Below, one piece after another: positions 57,106 to 64,000 of a stretch of DNA of 64,000 bases (positions are counted from its first letter, which is position 1; each line of letters starts with the position of its first letter). The stretch comes from Diplonema japonicum (Eukaryota > Protista > Euglenozoa: Diplonemea). The notes under the pieces are model-generated. The model was not told the origin of the DNA, did not search any database, and worked only from the letters and a program-made list of their open reading frames with translations. Location of the stretch: assembly GCA_964019335.1 (NCBI GenBank), contig OZ025674.1:434001-498000 (forward strand). The letters are read 5' to 3'. The position numbers and the translations under genes are program-made.

Positions 57106-58258
57106 TAGTAAATAAAGCCATACCTCCCCACCCCGTGCGATGTTTAAAAAAAAAAAAAAGAATGTGAGAAAGAAAAAAAGTCAAAGCCAAAAAAGAAAAA
57201 AAGAGGAGGGGGGAAAGAAAACAAGATGAGCGTCACTCGAAGAGGGTTTGTGTTTGCGGAAAGGAGAGCAAGAAAGGAGGGAGTAAAAAAAAAAAAAAGA
57301 TTTTTTTTTCCTTCCTAAAAAACCCTCTGGCAGCGGCCATTCTTTTTATGATCGATCCTTTCCATTTTTTTTGCCTGTTATTTTTTTTTTTTAAAAGTGG
57401 GCTGTTGCTAACCACTTCGTTTCCTATCATAGTGAATTTTTTTTTCCCTTATATTGTTTTTTTCTTTCGAAGTTTTTCCCTCACAAACCTTCCAACCAAG
57501 GGGAAAATCTATGACATAGGGAGAGAGAAAGAGAGAGAGGGGGGGGGGGGAGAAATGCTTTTTCTTTTTCTTCTAAAACAATATCACAGGAAAAAAATGG
57601 GAGAATGGAGAAAAAGAAAGTCAGAAGGTTTTCCCCATTCTTTTTACGTGATCTTAGGGGAAGGGGAGGGGGGGATCAAATATTCTTCCCTTCCTCTTTT
57701 TGTAAAAAAAAAGAAAGAATTTGCCTGATTTTACCTTTTTTTGAAACCCCATAAAGGACACTGTTTCTTCTTTTAGAAAATGAAGGCACATCGCTGCTTA
57801 GGTCGCACTTTCTTTTTTGGAAATTGTAGTCCCCCTGATGCTTTCACCTACCTTCGGCCTACCCTACCACATGGGAGGATCTAAAACGTAAGGCCGTTTG
57901 CCTTCTAGACCCGTCTCTCCCACGTATTTTCATATTGCTGGAGTGGAAAAAAAAAAAAGAAATCTCCAGCTCCGGTCCTTTATGGGTTTAAAAATTGGAA
58001 ATTTTCATCACCCCCCCCCCCCCCCCCTCCTCTATTCTCCTATAACTAGGCCTTTAGGAAAAAAAAAACTTTTTTTTCTTCTTGCAGTTTTTTTATTTAT
58101 TTATTTTCTTCTTTTTTTATTATATACTCCAAAGAAAAAAAAGAAGAAAAGAGGCGGTAGAATAAAAAAGATTTTCGGGGGGGGTTTTTTTTTGTGTTAT
58201 GGATTGTTTCTAGTACTATTTTATGTCTTTTTGACTATCAACAGGGGGAGGGGGGGTA

Positions 58259-58510
58259 GGGGGTCATACGGGGGTTGTTTTTTTTTTTTTGCCATTTTTC
58301 AGTTTCTTCGATAAGGGCATTTTGGGCCCTTAGGAAAGGAGTTCCAAGGATTACACTGGGTTTGTAGGGGCCCCAAAAAATTGGAACATGATCCTGGGCA
58401 CTTCTGGGGTCGAAAACCATGGGGAAACGGGGGTTTGGGTGATTTGTACCCAAAATACCCTTAGTGAAGAAACTGAAAAATGGTAAAAAAAGTGGACCAT
58501 GTGACCCCCC
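58259..58510. mobile_element. MITE family B (GGGGTCA...TGACCCC)
   Basis: ggggtcatacgg..ccatttttcagtttctt versus aagaaactgaaaaatgg..ccatgtgacccc. Confidence 0.7.
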
Positions 58511-58537
58511 CCCCCCCCCCCCCCCCCCCCCCCAGGG

Positions 58538-58684
58538 CTATGCTGGCAAGGAAACGCGTTTCCAAAGCTTTTTTTTTTCGAAAATAAGGAAACGGAAACG
58601 TTTCCTTCCTTTGGGGCCGTTTCTTTAAGAAGGGAACACGTTCCGAAGGAAACGGAATTGGTTTCCCGTTTCTTGCCAGCATAG
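58538..58684. mobile_element. MITE family A copy between poly-C and poly-G
   Basis: CTATGCTGGCAAG...CTTGCCAGCATAG; flanks ccccaggg / ccctgggg. Confidence 0.85.
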
Positions 58685-58884
58685 CCCTGGGGGGGGGGGG
58701 GGGAGGTGGAAAACCTCTAATACTATTTTTTTTTTCTTCTTTGTATTAACACTATAATTGTCAGTACTAGAGGGGAAAAGAAAGAAAGAGAAACACAAAA
58801 GACTATTTGGCAACATAGTTGGTTGATTTTAAGCAGGTTTCTTTTTTTGTTTTTGTTTTCGGAATTAGCATCGCAAACAAACAA

Positions 58885-58921
<37 letters not shown>

Positions 58922-61088
58922 CTCTCGTAGGGTAATCCACGCAAGAACTGTGTTCTAATGATAACTCATATCGTAACTGACTCCACATTGCAGCAAAAAA
59001 AAAAAAAAAAAAAAAAAAGAAAAAAAAGAAAATACCGATTTACCGGGTTTGGGGTCGTTTCTAGCACTTCTTCCCCTTCATATTTCCTTTTTTTTTTTTT
59101 TTTTTTTTTGAAGGCTTAAAAAAAGTGCCTGACCTTTTGGCATCCCGGGGGGGGGGGGGGGGGGGGAAAGTGAGGGGAAACATTTGATAAAATTGGGTAC
59201 GAAACAGTGCATTTTTGCTGATTCAGTTCAAGACTGAAACTCGGGAGGAAAGTTACGCGAAATGGCGAAATTCGGGAGGAGAGGAATGTGAGTAGCTCAC
59301 CCTAAAGTCAACAACGACAAAATGAGCACTCCTCGTGAAACTATAAAACTATGATGGGGTGGGAGGAAAAATGAATGAGGGTGGGGGATGAAACTACGCA
59401 GGGACTTTACTTTTATTTTTATTTTTATTTTTTATTTTATTTTTTTACAAAACAGTTTTGCAGTCCGTTTGAACTTCTTTGGGGTTTTTTTTCCGGGACG
59501 CCCCGGCTAGGGTTGAGCACACCGCACGCATTAAGGACACGACGCGGAACGCAGAAGAAGAATCAAGTAGGTAGTTCGTACTTCGTTGCATGTGGAAGAA
59601 ATACCTAATAAGCCCATGTTTCGTTGCACACTTAGTGTTGCAATCAAAGCCCCATTTTTTTTTTTTTTTTCCTTTTTACTTTGGTGCTTGCTGCCTACCA
59701 GGCAGACAGGGGGAGGAAGAGAGACTTTAAAGTGTATGCCCATCTCGCCTTGCTGCCCTTGTTGTTTTGCGAGGATAAGCCTTTGGCTTGTCTAAACAAA
59801 AGGGGTGCGTCGTGGTCGGTTTCACGGGTATAAGCTTCTCCAGTTTCTACCCCTGCTTGTTGAAGAAGAAGAAGAAGGGAGAAAAAAAAGAGAAAAGAGG
59901 GGAGGGGTTTCCCCACCCCCCCCCCCCCCCCCCCCAGTCCTAGCCAAAAAAGCATGATAGACACGATCTAATTTTTTTGGTTAGTTCCATCACCCAAGTG
60001 GCCATTTAAAAAAAAAAAAAAAGAAAGAAAGATAGAAAACCCAAATTGAAAAAAAAGGGGTTTTTTTTCTCTCTTTTTTTCTCTTCGTTCTTCTTTCACC
60101 ATCCCCCCCTCCCCCCACGCACACTTTTGAGTAAAAAGAATACCTATTTTCATTGTTTGTTTTTTTTGTTACTTTTGCGGGAAGAAGAAAAAGAAAAAAA
60201 AAAAAAAGAAAAGGCAACAACTGGCCTTTATCTCTTAAGGTTTTTTTTTTTTTTAAACTGCCATTGCGTTTCGGCTGGGGTTTCCCACTCCTGTCACGAG
60301 GCTAAAAGGGATGCGGCATGTGACCTGATCAAAAGTCAAAAAGCTTTCCTCACATAGAGCTGGTAGCTTGCCATTGCGATTAAGCTGAGAAGGAAATAAG
60401 GAAAAAAATGGTACTTTTTCTCATTCCCACACCCCCAGCCCCCTCCCCCCCTTTTTTTTTCCCCTCAACGTAAGAAAGAACAAACAACAAATTATGGCAC
60501 TGGGCAATTAATGATTGGGGGTGAAGGAAGTTAAAATATTATTAGGGGCATCAAGGCTTCAATAGGCAGTATTTTTTTTTTTTTTTTTTCCCCGCAGCGG
60601 AAGATCCCCAACGCCCCCTCTTTTCTTTTCTATGTTTGGTATGTTTCTTTTTTCTATTTTTGTTTTTTGATGTTTTTTTTTTTTTTGAAAAAAGCTCTTA
60701 ATGTTACTCTGTTTCTCATAGGGGGGCTTCCTTTTGGAGAAGGACTTATATCCCTTTTCTTTTTTTTTTTTTTTTTTCTCTCGTTCTTTTTCTACCCTCC
60801 CTTTTGACCCTCACAAGGTAGGGACTTCTTTTATTCATTCCTCCCTTTCCTTTCCCCTTCCAGTCAGCAGATAACAAAAAAAGAAAAAAGAAAAGAAATG
60901 AGCCCAAAGGTTTGTAGGAAGGTATACTCTGCTTCCTAGAACCACCTTTTGTGTCTTCCATATGCCCACTCGGTGTAATGTGCATATCTCAAGCATGTTT
61001 AAAAAAAAAGTCCCTCTAAGTTTTGTTTTTTTTTCTTTCCTCCTTTCGTCTTTGGACTCCTTATATTCTCTCTTTTTTCTCATTGTTG

Positions 61089-61133
<45 letters not shown>

Positions 61134-61434
61134 GACTAGCAAACATCTTTTTTTCTTTTGTGACTTAAAAAGACAAGTTAGAATATCAGTTTTTTATTTT
61201 TATTTTATTTTTTTTTATTGCTTTTGTTTCTTCTCCAAGCAGTGATATTAGGAATACAGGGCGGGAGAGTAGTGAATACACTATTTCTTCTTTTCATTTT
61301 TTTTTTTATATTATAGCCCCGATTCACAATCACAAGGAGTATTTCTCCCCCCTCCCCCCTTTCTCCTCTATTCGAAAAGATTATGGTGGCATGCGGCCTG
61401 TCATTTCACCCAGAACATTTTGTGGCGTCTTTTG

Positions 61435-61737
61435 GGGGTGGTTCCTGGTAATTGTGGTTTGGGGGGAGACACAAGCAAGAAGGGGAAACCTGGACTGGGG
61501 TGGTGAGCCCACCCTGCGTGTATCGCCAGTTGAAAGGTGGTTTCACCAGGTATGGCAAGCCTACCTCTTTTACTTTCTACGACTATTTGGGAGGTTTCGG
61601 AGCGAAGTTTCACAAGGGTGGCCGCTGTGTCACATACTGCATGGCACCACTAAAATCGAGACGGCCTTTTTTTTTTTTTTCTTGTCTTTTAAAAAAAAAG
61701 GGCGCCGCCAACACCGGCCTCCTTTAACTCATATATC
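61435..61737 (+). repeat. Internally deleted copy of the SINE-like repeat followed by a family B retroposon tail (61697-61737)
   Basis: Collinear with 25567-25990 with internal deletions; then aaagggcgccgccaacaccggcctcctttaactcatatatc. Confidence 0.75.
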
Positions 61738-62994
61738 TTTTTCTCTCTCTTCTCCTGCTTCTCTTTCACTCTTCGAGGAAAAAAAAAAAAAAAAAGAAAA
61801 AAGAAAGGAAAAAAAAAAGATCAACGGGGATTAACTTTATGCAAGCAAATTTACATTTTTATTATATAAAAAAGAAAAAAAAGAAGAAAAAAAAAAAAAC
61901 GAAGAAACCACAAAAAAAGGAAAATATAGCAACAACAATTAACCCAAAAAGAAAAAGGAAGGGGGAGATAGGGGGGTGTACGAGATCTTGTAATTATCCC
62001 CCTCCCCCCCTCCTTACCCTCCTTACCCTTGCTTTAGCAAAAGAAACTAAAGCGGGAAGCGAGTGGGTGTGCGAAGCTGGTTTACTGACAGGACTCTCAT
62101 GCGGGAATAAAGGGAGAATGAGAAAGTAGCATGCTTAGTTTTTTGGTTCCAAAGATATGAAAGGTTTTCCGAAAAAAAGATTTGGACTAGGCAAAAAAAT
62201 GAAGAAAAAAAAAAGACGGAAAAAAAAAAAAAAAGAAAAAAGAAGTTAACCAGTTTTAGCCACAACACACACACACACACACACACAGTCTTGTTTGACC
62301 TCTGCCTCTCTGTTGCAACAATATAACTGCGATGTAAGTTTTCTTTTTTTTTTTTCTTTTTTTTTTTTTAATATTTTTATTTTTTTGTACCCACTCTTTG
62401 AAATGTCGGATTTGACTGATGAAGAAAAAAGAAGAAAAAGAAGAGGAACACGCACACACAAGGAGGGGTATCTGGGTGGAATTTTCGGGTATAATTTACC
62501 CAGGGGTGGTGCGGCTGTGCGTACGGCTCCTTACCCCTACAGGTACAGGCTACGGGTCAAAGGGCTTACTGGACAAGAGGGGCAAATGGGAGTGGGGCAC
62601 AAAAATGGATGGAAGAGAGGGCGGGCGGCAGGCTTCATGCAAACACTTTTACACCCGATTCGTCTCCATCAGACGCTCTCTTTGTCATCAGGATCAGGCG
62701 CCCTGATGCAGGTCTTCCAACGCCAGTTCTGCCGCACGCCAGTAGTCTCTCACAAACTGCGTGCAGGTGAAACTACGTTTTCTGAAGTAGAGTTTGACCT
62801 GAATTATATCTCTGACAAGAATCAGCTTTGTCAAATCTCAATGGCCGATCTTTGGGCCTTTGACCTTGAACGGTGCCCCTCACCCCTAGCTCCCTACACC
62901 GCAGGCCTGACCCAAAGCCTCATGCCTATAAGTCGCAAGATACACATGTCCGGTGACTATTGCCTTTGACTTTTCTTGAAGACTTTCCAAAATG

Positions 62995-63093
62995 AATGCC
63001 GTACGCAAAAAATGCGTACGCGTGCCGTACGCAGCAAATCTAAAAAAAGTGCGTACGGCGTACGTTCGAAATACGCGTACGCCGACAACGTAG
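62995..63093. repeat. CGTACG-repeat array ending in a family-A-like terminus (CAACGTAG) followed by CCCTAGGG
   Basis: Six CGTACG palindromes in ~90 nt; terminus resembles CAGCATAG; no clear partner end. Confidence 0.45.
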
Positions 63094-63646
63094 CCCTAGG
63101 GGGGGGGGGGGGGGGGGGGAGAGAGAGAGAGAGGGGAAAAAAAAGGGGTGATAAAGACACAAAGTAACCATACATCCTGCTCCCCAGCTGGCGTTTACTC
63201 TCTATTTTATTTTCACCTCAACACAAAGGGAGAAAGCTAAAATTATTATATTCGTACACTTTGGTACAGTGCAAGCAAAAAAAAGGGGGGGGGGACCTTG
63301 TACTGCCCTTCTTCTTTTTTTTTTTGGTATGTCAGTTCTAGGTGCAAGCTGAGTATAAAAGAAAGAAAAAGAAGGGGGAGGGGGGACAATATAAGTCTAC
63401 GTTTTTTTTTTCTTGTTAATTCTCGGTTTTCCTCCTTTCCCCCCCTTTCTCTTTTGAAACTTTTTCTTATTCTTTGGGTGCTACCCATCGTTTCCTTTTT
63501 TTTTTTTTTTTCCCCCTCTCCCCCTTCTTTTCTTGATGTAACTCCTCAAAAAAAAAAAAAAGGTTTTTGCGAAAAAAAAAAAAGAAATTGCAAGTTTCTA
63601 CAAAGGATTTCATAGTGCTTCTTCTTCTTCTTTTTTTTTTTTTTTT

Positions 63647-63695
63647 GAGAACAAAGGGGGGCGTCTCACAAAGACTTCCTTTAACTCATATATAT
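63647..63695 (+). repeat. Retroposon 3' tail, family C, directly after T16
   Basis: Near-identical to 48098-48143. Confidence 0.7.
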
Positions 63696-64000
63696 AAATG
63701 TTTTGCTTGTTTTCTTTGTTAGAGTATTAATTACGAATTCTTCCTCGCCCCAAAGGTCCGACTCCGTGGGAAACTCAACTTGCGATGCAAGTGGGGGGGG
63801 GTAGGAGAGAAAGAGCGAAAAGAGAACAAAATCCATTAACCTTCTTCACCTTGCTGGAAGGTCCAGCTAGTGCCCCCTTGACATCATTTCCCGGGTAAAT
63901 AGTGTGGCAATCAGAGACCGGTCCAGCTGGTATATCTTTATATCCGATTTTTTTGCGGATGATTCCCCATAGAGCACCCACAGGATTATCTTGGCGTTAC

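Noticed and set aside
62295-62969. 224-aa ORF near the window end
   Set aside because: Starts in poly-T and has no recognisable motif; possibly a TE relic, not supportable as a gene.
1-64000. CRISPR arrays, rRNA, tRNA or SL RNA genes
   Set aside because: No regularly spaced repeat-spacer array or recognisable structural RNA signature seen by eye; tRNAscan-SE/Infernal would be needed to exclude them formally.

Overview
Eukaryotic genomic DNA, most consistent with a diplonemid-type euglenozoan. This is an inference from co-oriented genes, poly-T tracts before gene starts, tiny GT-AG introns, GGFGA-type Nup repeats and 'EWMY'-type receptor cyclases. Every credible gene is on the + strand. The first ~18.5 kb is gene dense: DHX37/Dhr1 helicase, a stand-alone Nup98-like FG nucleoporin, a tail-anchored Cdc123/R2K-like protein, a large hypothetical protein, an ART-coiled-coil-PDZ protein and a FabF/OXSM ketoacyl synthase. 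From 18.7 kb the window is repeat- and homopolymer-rich. It holds a ~6.7 kb non-LTR retrotransposon encoding ORF1-like (RRM/ZnF), an RGG motif, an OTU protease, APE and RT; many 5'-truncated relatives that sit in sense-strand poly-T tracts and end in a covarying hairpin; four receptor-type class III pseudo-cyclases, three of them with mosaic identity; an intron-split YciI-like gene; a non-autonomous piggyBac element; MITEs flanked by CCTAGG-like sites; and a Crypton-like repeat family. The best novelty candidates are the OTU-bearing, poly-T-associated retroposon system and the pseudo-cyclase receptor array. All calls are made by eye; no searches were run.
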